DNA of 64,000 bases from Lingula anatina (lineage: Eukaryota > Animalia > Brachiopoda), in contig CM120642.1 of the NCBI GenBank assembly GCA_051362555.1, forward strand, positions 28,272,001 through 28,336,000, written 5' to 3'. Every line of letters begins with the position of its first letter. Positions within the stretch are counted from its first letter, which is position 1. A program made the position numbers and the translations under genes. This document shows positions 1-14,633 of the stretch, piece by piece. The notes under the pieces are model-generated. The model saw nothing but the letters and a program-made list of their open reading frames with translations, made no database searches and was not told the DNA's origin.

Positions 1-274
1 ACCCAACTCCACGGGGACCCTCGCTGAATGCAAGCAGTTAAACAGATTAACACGCCTCCTCTTGTTCCCAACGTACTCGTATAATCAACAGCTTTTCTGT
101 GTTCTGTTCAACACCAGGAGTAGGCATATCATTCAGTTAATCTCCTTTGGCGATTTCTGAAAACAAAAAAAAAAAAAAAGAAAACACCAATGGCCCCCTC
201 TTGAAATTAGAATTTTGACCAGCTGAACCAAAGTTCTAAACCGTACCAAACGGCACCGTTCGCCCTCTAAAATA

Positions 275-307
<33 letters not shown>

Positions 308-888
308 GGGGGGGGGGGGCGCTTAAGCGGGGGAGGGAGGGTCGGCTTCGCATCTGCGAACCCCCCTTCAAATAGTCTTGGATCCGCCCCTGATCTGATT
401 GCAATCAGCGAGGTCACTGCGAAATTGGATTTACTTACGAAAACAGTTCATAGAAATGAGCCCTTACATGAAAAAGACAGCACCGAATAACCAAACAGTT
501 TACACGGGTGAATTAATTAAGTCTACAGGTCGGTAAGTGGTGGGCGGTCTGAAAATTGCATCCACAGCGTAGCAATAACCGCAGTTTATGTAAATTCACT
601 TTGTTCCTTTTAGTTTTAGTATAATTTTCTTTTCCCGATAGTAAATAATTTATTACTTCTGGAAAATTATTTGCTTTACTAATTTTTGGTTATTTGATTG
701 TCTCATTTTACGTAGGCCTACTGGTTTTCTTTATGTGCATAAAAAGTCATTTTTCAAATTCCGCCTCCTTATTGCCAAAGACTGCCCAATTTCTGCACTG
801 CTGTACCTTGCAAGACCTCTCAATATCTTTTTTACAGTGGCATCTAATACATCTTAGACACGCTTTTAATAAATTCACAAACAACAAA

Positions 889-1044
889 CAGAGATATTTT
901 CTGACAGTCTTCCAAATTATCAATGTTGTTCCATTCTCAATTTTTGACCGTCTTCCGACAGAAAAAATCAGATACGCGTCAGTGTAAATTTGAAAATCTG
1001 ACCGTCTTCCGGAAGACCCAGAAAACGGCCTCAATCCGCCCCTG
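889..1044. mobile_element. Partial copy of CAGGGGCGGAT-terminated MITE
   Basis: Aligns to 42109-42255 (gagatattttctgacagtcttc...gaccgtcttccggaagacccag...tccgcccctg). A related terminus ggatccgcccctg lies at 380-392. Confidence 0.75.
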
Positions 1045-4000
1045 ACAAAGGCTGCACTAACATGAATTTCAAATGCAAATCGAAGAAAATTTTCGCAACT
1101 ATCGCATCCATCCATTGCACCCGCGGTCCAACTAGCACATTCTTGTCTAAAATGCGACCTCGAGGAAAAGAAACCTTCACGTATACCAGATCGGTTTGTA
1201 GCGAACAAATGAACGTCTTATCCATAGTTATGCTTGGATTTTGGTCGGTTGAAAATTGTTATTTTGTGCCTCAACCGAAAACCAACCGGAAGCCATAAAT
1301 TTCAAAGGGGGGAGGGGGGGTCTAAAACGTTGACTTCTTACCCCTTTATAATTAGTTGATTCAACTTGACTAACGGCATAAAATCTAAGTTTCTGAGTTT
1401 GATACAGAGCGGACCTTTACCCACCAAAAAGGTTGTTCTATCCACCCCCCCCCCCCCCCCCACACACACACACATGCTTTGGGACTCTACCATACTGTAG
1501 ATCATAGAATTAGTAGGGCCTGTGCATATTATTACACAGTACCAGTAGTATGCATGAAAATTTTAAATAGAAAATCAATCGCTGTTTTGGAGTTATTATC
1601 CATGTGAAATGCCCAGATAAGCGACCTGGTAGTATTGTGGCCCAAACCTTTCCTTCGATTAGATTTTAGTGTAACACAAACAGTTTCATACAGATGTGCA
1701 AACAAATTTCCCTCTCTTCAGACATCTGTAAGTACATTTGACCCATATGGCAACTGTTATAAAGGTAATACATGGTTGACATATGCAGACAAGACTCAAT
1801 AAAAGCTAACAACTCGACCAGAAAGTAAAGCTAAAAAGCTCCCTTTATTTTCTTTCACTAACAAATTACATTTAAAACACAGATCCAACAGAAAAATATA
1901 TATTTAATTATAATTTATACTTTCGACCACTATTGCTCTGACAAATGCTTGCGAACTCGATATTTTATAATATATGTATACTGCAGTGTAACAACGTGAC
2001 TGACTGATCCTTATATCTAAAAGAAAAAAGTACATGTTCGATGATATCTGAAGGAATATTTTCAATATTACCATTGTCATTATTTGAATTACAAGTTCTT
2101 AACAACTACAGACTGTCTACAGCTTCAGTAGTATTGAGAGTAATGTAAAAAAGGAGAAAACAACTTATGCAATATTTACATTATTTACACCAGGCCAGCA
2201 CAAATGATCCTTCTGAAAATACACCAAAATAAAATTTTCAGCAGTATAATTTATGTTAAAGGAGAATTTGTGCATACAGAAAATGTCTTTTTTCAAGTCA
2301 AGACAAAATTGGCAGAGACCAAAAATAAAATTCCTTTCAGATGGATCAAATGTCCTCTAAAATTTCCCTTTCAATGGATTAACTTGTTCTTTGCAGAGAT
2401 ATGCAATACAGTTTTAGTCGGGCAATCAAGTGTATGGTTGTCTTAGGACAAACGAGGTACATAATTTCTCTTCTCGTATCATTCACTTATCACAGTACAT
2501 ACAGCACACAAAATGTAACTATAAGTGATATAACACATTAAGTTATCATGAAATCAATGGGTAATACTGACCACTTTAATCCATAAACACACAAGTTTAC
2601 AATGGTCATAAGTGCCATGCTTGTTGCTTTCTTTCAAAGTTGGCTCCTGACTAACAGCTTTTTCAACTACCTTATGACTCTCTACACATTACATATGATA
2701 ATGCAATCAATATTTCAGCTGATGCCTCTCTCATTTAGCCACCATTTGCTCCATTAAATGCACTATTTTTATTAATGTGAAAATCTTATCAGATAACACT
2801 TACTACCAAGTCTATACTATCAATATCATCTATTTACAAACTGCTGTCTCTAAGCCCCAATGATGCCCATGAAACAATTTTTTTATCAGCTATTCAACTG
2901 TATGATACATGTAACTAAAACAGATTTTGTCAGAAATATTGTTACTAATGAGCACTGAGACCAACAGAACAGCAAGGGAATATATATAGTACATACATAT
3001 ATATATTCTAGGTCACAGTGACCTCAATACATGTAGTTATCTAGGCCAGTGTTTTGGGGCACTTTATTTTTTGTTTTTCTTTCAAAAATTCATAATTTTA
3101 TTTGAAAATATTCAAAATATAAAACCATGGAAAATATGACCACCCCCCTTACATGAAAAAATAGAAATATTACAATTACTGCTAAAAAGCCACAAAAACA
3201 TTTGATACAAATGCAAATTTCTGCCTTGAGATGCTGCTTATTAGTTGCTATGCTCTTCAATTCTTGGTGCAATATTACACTGCAATATTACGCACCAAAG
3301 TTAATCAAAATATATGAACAGAGTCCTGTCACAGGGGTGTGAAAAAATGATTTTTCAGAGAGCACACCACTAACATCCATATAAAATATTTTTGATTATG
3401 ATGCATGTACAAGCAGCTGATACATCATGTTCAACCACTAGCTGCCCCTTATAACATGACTTGCCTGGGCTATTAATTAACATTTATATTTACATCAAGA
3501 TTTGTGACCCAAAGCCCATTTCACAAAGGAACTGAAAGCTCAACAATCTTTTGGTCTAAATCTCTAGGAGTCAGTAGACTGTTCATGTGCTGGTCTCAAC
3601 CTTACTATTTTCCAGACTTTATAAAACAGTAACTGTTGTAGTATTTCATATAATTGAATCCCTACTGCTTTATCTTGGGCTTAAGGGGCCTAAAATTAAA
3701 AACTTACATTAAAGCTTGATCTAATTCTGGGGCTTTAGTCACTTTGTGTAACAGGTTCTACAACTACTCCTACATCTTAAAAAATAACCTTCATAAACGC
3801 TGTCATTTTTAACCTGGGACCAGCTAGCCAGCGGCTCTTGTATTTATACTGCACATTCATAGCTGCTTCGCATCTAATATATGAATGAAACAGTGTTAAA
3901 AGCACTGACCTCGGTGTAAGTTGTTTTTCCTTACATAGCACAGGGAATTGCTTATAGACCCGTCAAGATGGTCTTCTCCGACTTGACACTGAGTGTTTGA

Positions 4001-4718
4001 GCAAACTGACAAGTAACTGTGATGTTATAGTAATTTATCTGGTTAGTTAGGCTATGAAGCGTGGCTATTATGGTAATTTTTTCATGACATGGACAGTCAG
4101 TTTCTCAGATGTAAATAAATTTCATTTAAAAATAAATAAATAAAAAGTATATATATATATGTATAACTTCAACCTTCGGGTTGCAATATTTCAAAAAAAG
4201 ATTATTATTATTTTATTATTATATATCATGCTTAATGCTAATGACATGGACAGCAAACTTTATTATTCATGGTCTAGATGGTCATGGTTGCTGTTCATGA
4301 CATGGATAATCTGTTTGTAGTCAGTTTATCATACATAGTCGAGAAAATGTCCATCTCAGGAACATCATACAGCATTATAATCAAAACTCATATATTTTTA
4401 TATTATATCTATCAACTGGTGAATATGAACACAGTTTTCCTTTTTAATACACAGTCCATATAAAATACATAAAATCTTAATTAAATGTCAAAAAAATGCA
4501 TTGTCCATATTTCAGTCAAACATTTAAATATGTACAGTATCATTCACAAACACATTATTAGAAACCATATCTATATTCAAATCACTGACATGTAATGTAT
4601 ACATGTACATAAATCAGCATCCTCATATGATCAGGTCTCACTGTTAAAAATACCTGCCAGCATTTCAATGATGGCGACTGTATGCCCATTTGACTAGTGA
4701 ATTCCTACCAGATGCAAA

Positions 4719-4751
<33 letters not shown>

Positions 4752-4829
4752 AATTGGAAAAAAAATCCAAACAGATCAGGCTAGTGTCCCTCTAAATCAC
4801 TGGTAGGTTATCACGTCAGATGTCTGTCT

Positions 4830-7800
4830 CTAAGTGAGAACTATTGGTAAAACAATGATCAATGTCACAATTGTAGCGGCAATCCCAACAGCCCCCACTA
4901 TACGTGAAGCAAGGCCTAGGCGTCGTGCTAACTCGTTGCACTCCTCGTCGTGATCGTCACTCATTCCATGGGAGGCCCCTGAAAATTGATGAAAAAATAA
5001 AGGTCATCAAATGTCTGCTTAATACAACTTCATTAGATCCAATAGATAAATGTCAATATTAATGTATAAATGTTACCTTTTCAATATTAACTTTTTTTTT
5101 TCATTTTTGATGCTGAATGCATATAAAAATAAGTACTTCCGTTATATATATATGCGCATTCTAGGACCCTGTTATCTTTAAAGACAAAAGTATACAATAC
5201 CAACTTAAATCAACTCACTATGTTCAGAACTTTCCCTTCATTTTTTTCAGGTCTTTAATATATTTCAACAAATATTTTCAAGATTTAAACCCTATCAAAC
5301 TGCACTAAAACAAAGAAAATTAAAAGTAATAATATCTAATTTTTCCTTTTTAGCCTTTTCCCCATAAATTCCTGTATTCAGATACATCATGGTCAAACGC
5401 ATAAACCAAGAAATCCAAGCATAAGTTAGGACAAAAAAAAAAAAAAAAAAATCTGTAATGGTGATTTACTCATTCTCAGCAGCATTCATGTGAACTTCCC
5501 AGACTGAATATTCCATATCAATTATCCCTGAAGACCGGATGTGTATTTATTGTTATGCCACAAAAATTAATCACTCAGACCCTGCAGTAGTAATTAACTT
5601 ATCTATGGTACCAAGATAATAACCCTATTCAAAGTGGGTTTTATTTAAACAATTGCTGTCATGAAGATCTTAAAATGACTGCAATATTGTACTAGTACTG
5701 TCTAAATTGTTTCCGTGAATCTTATTGTTTAAGGTTTGAATTTAGAACCAGGAGAGATTTGGCCAATTCCTATTAACCCCACCAAGTAAAGGGTACACTA
5801 AGCATTTGGGGAATTCATTCGTCATATTTACCAAGATCAATACTGGAGATTATAAATGGTATATTTGTGGCTTCAGAGAGAACTGTATAGTTAGTTAAAT
5901 AATGATGATAACCATTATCTGACTTTTTGGTAATATCTAGTAAACCTATATGACAGCACTAACTTCAGGGATAGTAAATCAATATATATTTCTAATAAGT
6001 TAACCACTGATTTACCAACTTAAAATCAGCATTTCTGTAAGTTTATACCACCAAAGTATGGAGCAGTGCTGAACAGTCTGCAAACCGAGTCTGTGTTTAC
6101 ATGACTGCCGTGCTCTGTTTACACAATCACCTAGGGAATAGGCCCCTTTCTTTACATTATTTGACTTTGTGTACAAAAGGACAGGTAAACTATAAGTAAT
6201 TTAAGGCACAGATAAAGTGCTCCTCAACTAAGTCGTGGTAAACATTTCTCCATCTAGCAAAGCTGCATACCATATCCAGTCTTTCCCCTTCCCGGGCATT
6301 ATTCTCAGGCCCACTGCCAACAATTTCAAATTTTTTATTTATTTATTTTTTTGAAAAAGTGGATCTTTCACCAGAAAACCTGCATGTACCTAGATAAAAT
6401 AATACCCAGGGGGCACCTTTTCCCAGCAAAAAGGGAGGAGGATTCTTTCAACCCCCCCCCCCCCAGACTACATTCTGATTCTCATGCAGGGGCTTAATGA
6501 TGAACGTTTGCAATCAGATTTACAGACTAACAAGCCCTCTCCCCTACATGACCAGCTAACTTGATTTATTTTGATTGGTGTACTGGGGCTAATGAAAAAA
6601 AGTAACACTTCACCCCACCCCAAAGCATAATGACATCATCAAACTGGTGCAACAGAGGACATACCACACTAGCTTACACTGTTTGGGTAAAAGTAATCTA
6701 GCTAGAGAATCTGCTCTTTCATATAAAGAGCAAAACATTTACTAGTAACTGAGTAAAAACTATCATATTGTTCCTTACTGGTCATGTTGAGTGCGAAAAC
6801 TCTCCATTTCTAGTAAGCAGTCGACCTTTCGAAAAAAGAATGCATAAGATGGAATGCTGAAGATAGAATGCTGAGATGTGAAAACACCATATTGTGATGA
6901 CAGGTTATCAAAAGGATGGCAAACAAAGTTGTGCTATTAATCTCAGACTATGGTAATGACTCTATCTTTTCAATGGGCAAAAATTATCAATCTTTCAGGT
7001 CCATAATTTTATAATCATAAAAATTCTATTTCTTCACAGCACTTGTGGTGCATGGAATAGAACGACAAATTTTGTTGCTACCACCCAATAAGTATGTCCA
7101 AATTTTGAGAAAGTTTTTCCCATAGAAAAGTTGGAGTAATTACCATATTCATCATCCTTTGTCATTTCCAGCTGTCCTTATTGATTATACAATTACATAC
7201 ATGTGGAATCTGCTCTCTATGCTATAAAGAGATATAGTACCAGCATGCCAAGACCACCAAATAGTGCTGAATTTTAAAAGATTTTTTCAAGTACTGTCCA
7301 TACAGGGAATCACGGGTCATTCTGATAAAATATATCAACTGGATCATATTTAAAACTGATCTTAAAACTGATGTAGAGTGGGGGGGGGGGGGGGGGGGGG
7401 GGGTATGATTTTTTACCGCATTATCAATGATTTGTAACCTAATAATTCCTCTTCCTGAAATTTTGAAGGTTAAAAGGACTCAGATAAATAGCCCAAGTAA
7501 ACAATGGAATGGTCAGAGAAGCAGTTCAATATTAATCCATTTATTTCAAGGTGACCTCGAATCATTGTGGCTATATAGGACTTTTTCTCTACTAAATATA
7601 CAAATTACCCGAGTCAAGGATTTATGAAAATGACCTTCCTCCCTGATTAAAACATCCACACCTTTAACAATATGTTGAGTTTAAGGAAAATGAGAAAAAA
7701 AATTCACCAATTACCTCATCACTGATGAGGCATAAACAAATGAATTTTGGTTGATACCAAAAGATAATATTATGTTATCATCATCTGAGGTATCCTTCTT

Positions 7801-8707
7801 AAGAAAATGAGAATAAATACTAGTTATCAGTTTGTTCAACGCTAAACAGTACATGTGCCTCTAAACATGGAGAAAATCAAAATCATTCGGCCATGATAAG
7901 CATAATCTACAATTACCCTAGATATCCAGCAGTGAACGTGTTTCATGAAGCGAACTACTCACATGATAGGCAAATTGCAACAATCCCAAATAGTGGGTTT
8001 AGGATGATAGAAACCCAGGCAAACACAATGTAGGATTTTGGCCTCTTCAGGCGTCCTCCCTTCACCGGGTAGTGTGTTGGCTTCTCATAAGGGGAAGTTG
8101 GTTTCTCGGTGCTGTTATCAACATCTTCTTTGTCACCTGAGGTACTCATCTTTGAACCAGACACTGTTTTTCTATTCAATCCTACACCTTTTAAGCCTTT
8201 AAATTTGGAGCAAGACAAAATGTACGCCTTCCACCATGAACTATAGCTGGCAACTGCCCTACTTATCCTACAAAGCTTGTATAGATATGAGAGGCCAAGG
8301 GTTTACAAATACTTACATGATAAGCAAATTGCGACAATCCCAAAAAGGGGGTTAAGGATGATCGAAATCCAGGCGAACACAATGTAGGATTTTGGCCTCT
8401 TCAAGCGTCCCCCTTTCACAGGGTAGTTGGTTGGTTTCTCGTAAGCAGAAGTTGTCTGTTTATAAGGAGGAGCGTAAGGCTCATCAATGTCTGAGATTTT
8501 CACATCCTCGAGTTTTCGGGCCTCCTCGCTGTCACTCGTCACCTGGAGGTGTGTCCTCTCGTCCACATGGTCCTCGTGGTCGCTTGCTGCGTGGTTTTTC
8601 TCCAGGTTTTCAGGCATCTGAATGCATTCATCTTTACCAGATACCTGGGAATATTTTACGTTGCCATTCTGTACCGCATCGTCTTTTCCTGTGCTAACTT
8701 CACTCAT
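4830..8707 (-). CDS. CD225/dispanin-family (PRRT1/IFITM-like) membrane protein, gene 1, long form (exon A 8707-8317 + last exon 4978-4830; ~180 aa)
   Basis: Exon A has acceptor ttcag at 8736 and ATG at 8707, and ends ...RPKSYIVFAWISIILNPLFGIVAICLS with a phase-1 gtaagt donor. The last exon follows a ttttcag acceptor, is phase-compatible, and encodes WASHGMSDDHDEECNELARRLGLASRIVGAVGIAATIVTLIIVLPIVLT*. Architecture is typical of CD225: hydrophobic segment, A..L loop, C-terminal TM, split by an intron. Confidence 0.85.
7963..8149 (-). CDS. Second (duplicated) CD225 coding exon B of gene 1
   Basis: Encodes MSTSGDKEDVDNSTEKPTSPYEKPTHYPVKGGRLKRPKSYIVFAWVSIILNPLFGIVAICLS, ending in a phase-1 gtgagt donor at 7962. 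The C-terminal ~40 aa match exon A except at 2 residues, with many synonymous differences. Candidate AG acceptors lie at ~8189 and ~8198. Confidence 0.8.
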
Positions 8708-11700
8708 TGTGTATCCTTTCTTGATTTGATAGTTCCTGAAATGAATATTTTTAAGTGGTTTTATTCCAGTGCAACTGATCTCTTCTGATTGTGGGTTAAA
8801 AATGGAAGTTTTTCTTATTGTGCTTAAATGAAAATGGAAATAATTCTTATAGTTTATTTACAACATCTATCACACTTTTTTCAATATTACAGCATAATGG
8901 AAGTGCATTCATCAGACTTTTGAAAATTATGACAAAGACTGTTTCATATTTCATATCTAGACTATGTTTCACTTAAAATCATTTTCATAATCAACTTAAT
9001 ATAAAAGCCTTAAAGTGTATTTTAAATGCATAATGACATACTAGTACATAAGTATTCTCTGTATGATTGATTTAAAATAATTACAGGTGCAGTTTCATTG
9101 CTTTTCTCATTTGTATACAACACATGATGTAATTGGAAACTTTATGCATTGAATGAGTCTCACATACAGTTCCTACACAAAAGGAATTTAAGAAGCTGCC
9201 CATATCCTCAGCACATTTTTTTTCTAACTAAATTAAGGCAATGAATTTGGCAATGGTCACATAACTTGATAAGTATACATAACATAAAACTGTTCAACAA
9301 CTCAGTTAACTTGCTGTCACTGAACTGGTACTTAGCTGAAGTCTCCTCGACTCCTGTTATCTGTTTACAAATAACAAACCCTTGCAGATGAGAGTGTGTT
9401 TTTAGGCTTGTCCTTTTCACACTGCACTGTGCAGTTTCCTGTTTCGCAACATTTTGAGAGATTTACAAAATTCATAGCCTGGCTATTGCGTAAGAATCAT
9501 CTACAAGACCTGTCAACTTGTTCGGCCTGGTCAAAATGTTGTGATATGGACAAGTATACAGCACGATGTGAGTGGACATTTGACTAGATTTTTTATTTAA
9601 AGCAAACATGCATCTGAAACTCAGGGCTACAGTAACTTGGCTCAGATAAAGCACAAAAGGCCTCGCATTAACTCTAGATAATGATATCTGCAACCGAGTC
9701 GATTATTTCTGGCCAAAGTAGGTCAGACAATATCAACAAAATAAGTGATATGAAATAATAAAATGACATTAATCAAACAGTATCATTTAGATTTGTGTGC
9801 TTCTATGGTATATTTTATTGATCAGTCATGCATTGAAATGTTATAAAAACATTGGATTTCCAGGAGAAAACTGGTGATAAATCAATTTTGGACACAGTTG
9901 TAGTACAGTCAAATAAGATGACGAAATCCGGTTCTGTATGTCAACATTACCTTAAGTACAACATAATCTCAGATGTCTTGCAAGATAAATTGTAAAATAT
10001 AATTCCTTGATAAATATATGACAATATCTCAGTCATAAATTGCACTGGGGCATTCCCCATTATATTATCCTTCAATATCTCTTCAAATACAATAAAAGAG
10101 AAAAAATTGCTCCTCATATGTGACTTTGGTCAGCTGTCATATGTGGAATCTATTTCGTCCAGCCTGAGTAAATTTAAAGTTCTAAACAGAATTTTTTTCT
10201 GATTCTCAATCTCTTACTAGTAATATAATTAAGTGTATAAATATACTTCAAGTCCATTATTACCCCCCCCCCCCCTCAATCCACAAAAAATTTGACTGGT
10301 TGAGATAATTCCAAGTCTTTATAACATCATTTCCACATATGTGAGAGCACATACATGAGAAGTAGTCATTATCCAGTCTGAAGATAAACATTTTAAGGTA
10401 ATGTGTACCTAGGATTAGCCTCCTTTGTTTGCACTGTGCCAGTAAAAGATTAAGTGAATCTTGCAAATAAGGTTTTGCATGGCTACCTCTGTAAAAAAAC
10501 ATCAATCCGAAATGTCTGATGTGAACTTTATTTCCAAGTGGCTTGTAGCATATATTCTTCCGTGTCAGTGATTTAACTGCACTGCCGCAGGGTAGATAGT
10601 AGCAATTGCTTGCTATATTTTGTTGCTCTGGAGTATGACTTATATTTTTTAAGTACTTCAGGGCTGTATTTTGGCAAATCTGTTACTTACAAACCTTCAA
10701 GAATACCAACTTGCATGAACAATTGTACTTTCGTGAAAAGATACAAGAAATTCTATATCCCAACATTTCTTGTTTTTTTTTTTCTTTTTTTTTTACCAGT
10801 GTGTTTTGTTTTGCATGACTACTCTTGTTAGTATGCATAGATACTCATCAGACCATACCAGGCACAACATGACAGACGCAGAGCAGTGCTGCCTATTTAC
10901 TTAAAATATCAGCACCAAATCATAAAGATGAAAAATATGAGTTTTGATTAACTATTGATTTCCTAATTTTTTGAGATTTCACCTAATTTTTCATGTGTTA
11001 TCCTTATTAGGGGCATGAAATATTTGATGTCTGACAGAAAATTTGCAAATTAAATTAATTTTTAGTGTCATATCCCAAAAATAAGAATTCTTTCTCAATG
11101 CAATTTTTCACATTAATTTTTTCAAACTGAACACTCTATAAAATCATGAATATACATATTACAGCTAAATCTTTTACAAATCCCAAGCCCTGAAATCTTT
11201 TTTTTTTTTCAAAAATTGTTACTTATGGTCGATTTATTAACAGTTGAAAATGTTATGTCCAGGGCACAAATACCACGGCATGCCCCATGACCACAGCTGC
11301 ACACTATTTACTGTTTTTCTGGTTTATGCTGCCATTATTTATTTTTTTGTTGTGGTGCATCACAAATGACATATAACACTCCCATATATCTGTTGTTCAT
11401 ATAGCTCAATATTATAATCAGTATGGCAACTTGGTTCAATGATTTGATAAGACAAGTGCATCTGGACATTTCTTGATATGAAACAGTGCATGAAAATGCC
11501 TGCAATAGAAGTACTGTTTAAAATCCTCCACATCCACGTACTACTTCAATTACTAGCAACCAATGAAGGACCAAAATCTAAAATTTTCTGGTTTTCTAAA
11601 AGTATACTTTACATGTGTACTAAAAGTATACTGTAATATGACTGTCATTTAATGGGCAATTAAGACAAATTAATTTTTTACTTTACATATGGCCTAGTAA

Positions 11701-12590
11701 AATTGGGAATGGAGATACTGTGTTATATATAATAGAAAAATACCCATCACAAGATATCATAAAGAAAAACATAGTTAATACATTAACATAACAAAATTAA
11801 ATAAAGGCAGTAATTTTGTGGAAGTAAGTGTGTGTGTGTGTGTGTGTGTGTGGGGGGGGGGGGAATGGTATAGTGTCATAAAAAACTACATACATTTAGA
11901 AGTTGCTTTTATGATCACTCCACCTGGCATATTCAGTCCACTTTATCTTCTTGGTGGTTATAAAAGGTTTGATTTACAGCAGCAGGTGCAGATGTCAAAT
12001 AAAATGCTAACAAATTAAATTCTTGTCCTAAATAAATGTCACTTGGTGCAAAAAAGGCTGAGGGCAACTCCATCTTTGATTTCAGTGAGTCCTTTGTCTT
12101 TTCAGATATAGATCTATCCAAAAAGGTGATATTTCTACAGCACACGACTAGTTATCATACATTCGTATCATTATGGCTCGCTGTTGTCAATATCACCACA
12201 TCGACTTTGTCCATGTTTAACGTCGTATTTAACAATGAAAACGCAAGTTGTGTCACTGCTGTAGACCATTTATTATGGTTCGAAGACAACACTGTCATTT
12301 CAGTCAGCGTAAAACGAAGCCATATCCCAGCTACCGTTCCTTCGTGAATTTACTTAATACCTCCACCAGTATAACATACACATACTGGTGGAATAAGTAA
12401 CTACAACTTAAATTTGGTGCTCGTAAATGATCAACTCCAAGTTGACCTGACATTTACGTTCAGTGACGTAAATCTGGCGTCGTAAATGTACACAACTCTT
12501 CAAAAAACGCTAAAAATCACGACCATTATATGTTTGTAGATCTGACATCAAGTTGAATCACAAAATATAACTATTAATTTTATACAGAGT

Positions 12591-12780
12591 ACTTACCGCT
12601 TCTTTTACTTGTTTCTTCAGTGATTGTAAGTCGTTTCTTTGTCCCAAATATAAATCCCGAACGCTAAATGTTGCGCAAATTTTCCAAATTTCCGTCTGAC
12701 TCACCACAGGAAGTTTATAAGTCATCCAAGGTTACGCATGCGCAGAGCTACAAATGAGGATTGGGTAAATTTCCTGACGT
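12591..12780 (-). promoter_or_regulatory. Probable promoter and non-coding first exon of CD225 gene 1
   Basis: A minus-strand donor (gcg|gtaagt) sits at 12591-12596. It lies next to a CpG-richer patch with ETS-like CAGGAAGT (12707-12714), NRF1-like ACGCATGCGCA (12734-12744) and a TGACGT site. The link to gene 1 is inferred. Confidence 0.4.
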
Positions 12781-14121
12781 TCACGATCTTGTTTAAGAAA
12801 CTGCTAATCTTTTAAAATTTAAATCTGACCGTGCTGATGGCATACCCAAATCTTTTGACACTTACATTTAGCAATACCAATTACTTTCTGACTCTAAACG
12901 CATATGTTATAGGTATATTACCCTGTAGCATGTAAGATAGGCGAAATTATACCAATGGTGTAGACTACTAATGCACCAGTAGGGGCCTAATTAAGTGTAA
13001 TAGAAAATGTCATTTCGTACCAGTAGAATTTATTCATATCCATCCCATTTCGTTATTAAAAACGATCTTAAAACGATTAAAGGGCTCGAATAAAAGTACC
13101 TGATGTCCTATTTCCGCTTTAAATGTTCACGAAATTTTGGCGATGGTAGGCCTATAATTAATAGGCTTAAGCAAGGAGTTATAACTGTTATAACTCCTTG
13201 GCTTAAGTAACGGTCAGTTATTTAAAAGTAATTTAAATTAAATTATTTGATTAGGAATAGTGCATGCACATGTGCTGGCCCCAGTAGGCCTATAGCCTAA
13301 AACATCGAAACAAAGTGCATAGACAGACCGGGTTATGATTCGTAATTTCTCTAGAGATTTTTTTTTTTTTTTTTTTTTTTTTAGAAAAGTTCAATTTGTG
13401 GGGAGAAGGGATATCAGTGTGACAGGAACGGGCCTATATTGGTAGTCCGCTAGGCAGGCTAGTCCGTTCCCCATTTCTTTGTACAATGTGCAGGTGACAT
13501 TCTTCCTATACAATATCCCCAATAGGCCTACATGTACTCCGACTAACCCTTAACTGTGATGGACTTCCATTCTTAGGACTCTTTATAAATCATTCTAAAT
13601 ACATATAAGGGCGTTCTTTGATGTAGAACAACAGACAGACTCATCATCATTAACCTTTTTAATGCTTTTGTACCCGAAGGTGCAGCACTATTAAACGCCC
13701 ATAACTAGATCACAGTTTGGCCAACAGTTTCTGCTTAATCCTATACCAGATGTAAACTCTAAACGCGAGGCAAATACACATGTACTGTAGGCCTATATGT
13801 CTATTCTTTTATTTGGCAGCATCGTTTTCTCTTCAGTATTACTATTTTCTCCACATAATAAGAAGAAGATGAAGAAGAAGAAGAAGAACAATATAAATAA
13901 TAATAATAACACAAGCAATAACTATTATTACTAAATTTACTATCATTATTGTTATTATTAAAGTTGTTAGCGCCCAGGTGTACATATCAACGACATATCC
14001 TGGGTCCCTGTAACTAGGTAAAGCGGATACAGTCCACTCCAGATAAACAGTTTAAGTCAAGCGGATGTGCACCTAACCTGGGTATGTCGTAACACATGCT
14101 AAACATGTACCTGTAGGTGCG

Positions 14122-14165
<44 letters not shown>

Positions 14166-14332
14166 TCACTCTATCTCTTTCTCTTACCATTCCGTCTTTT
14201 GCTCGTCGACGTTGTCCATTGAAAAAATAAATCACAGCCGAGTGGGGCCTTAATATTAGCCAGATTAACACCACCCTGTTCTCATTCTCTTCCACTTCCG
14301 TTACATTAAATGAACTATACTGCACCGTCTAA

Positions 14333-14633
14333 GGCCGCATTCACATCGAGTTGAGCCATGGCTCTACTAAGCCACGACCTAAATATGGCGGACGTACATG
14401 AAAGGAAAAACGCCTAATCTGTTAATAGTCTCTCCGCCTCCCCACGCGTCGGTCCTGTGGGGGTACAGTCATTAAATCTCGGTTCCATTCGCCCGGAAGC
14501 TGGGGAGGCGTGTGAGAGGCGGAGAGACTATTAAAAGATTAGGCTTTTCCCTTTCGTGTAGGCCTACGTCCGGTCCGCCATATTTAGGTCGTGGCTTTGT
14601 AGAGCCATAGCTCAACTCGATGTGAATGCGGCT
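14333..14633. mobile_element. Fold-back MITE (PIF/Harbinger-like termini)
   Basis: Imperfect inverted arms of ~115 bp (GGCCGCATTCACATCGAGTTGAGC... / ...GCTCAACTCGATGTGAATGCGGCT). Left flank is TAA. Confidence 0.8.

Noticed and set aside
133-1298. Overlapping ORFs near the window start (e.g. 747-1208, 1031-1225)
   Set aside because: They run through poly-T/poly-G tracts and MITE sequence and show no recognisable motif. The region may be a promoter or first exon of a gene outside the window, but this cannot be supported.
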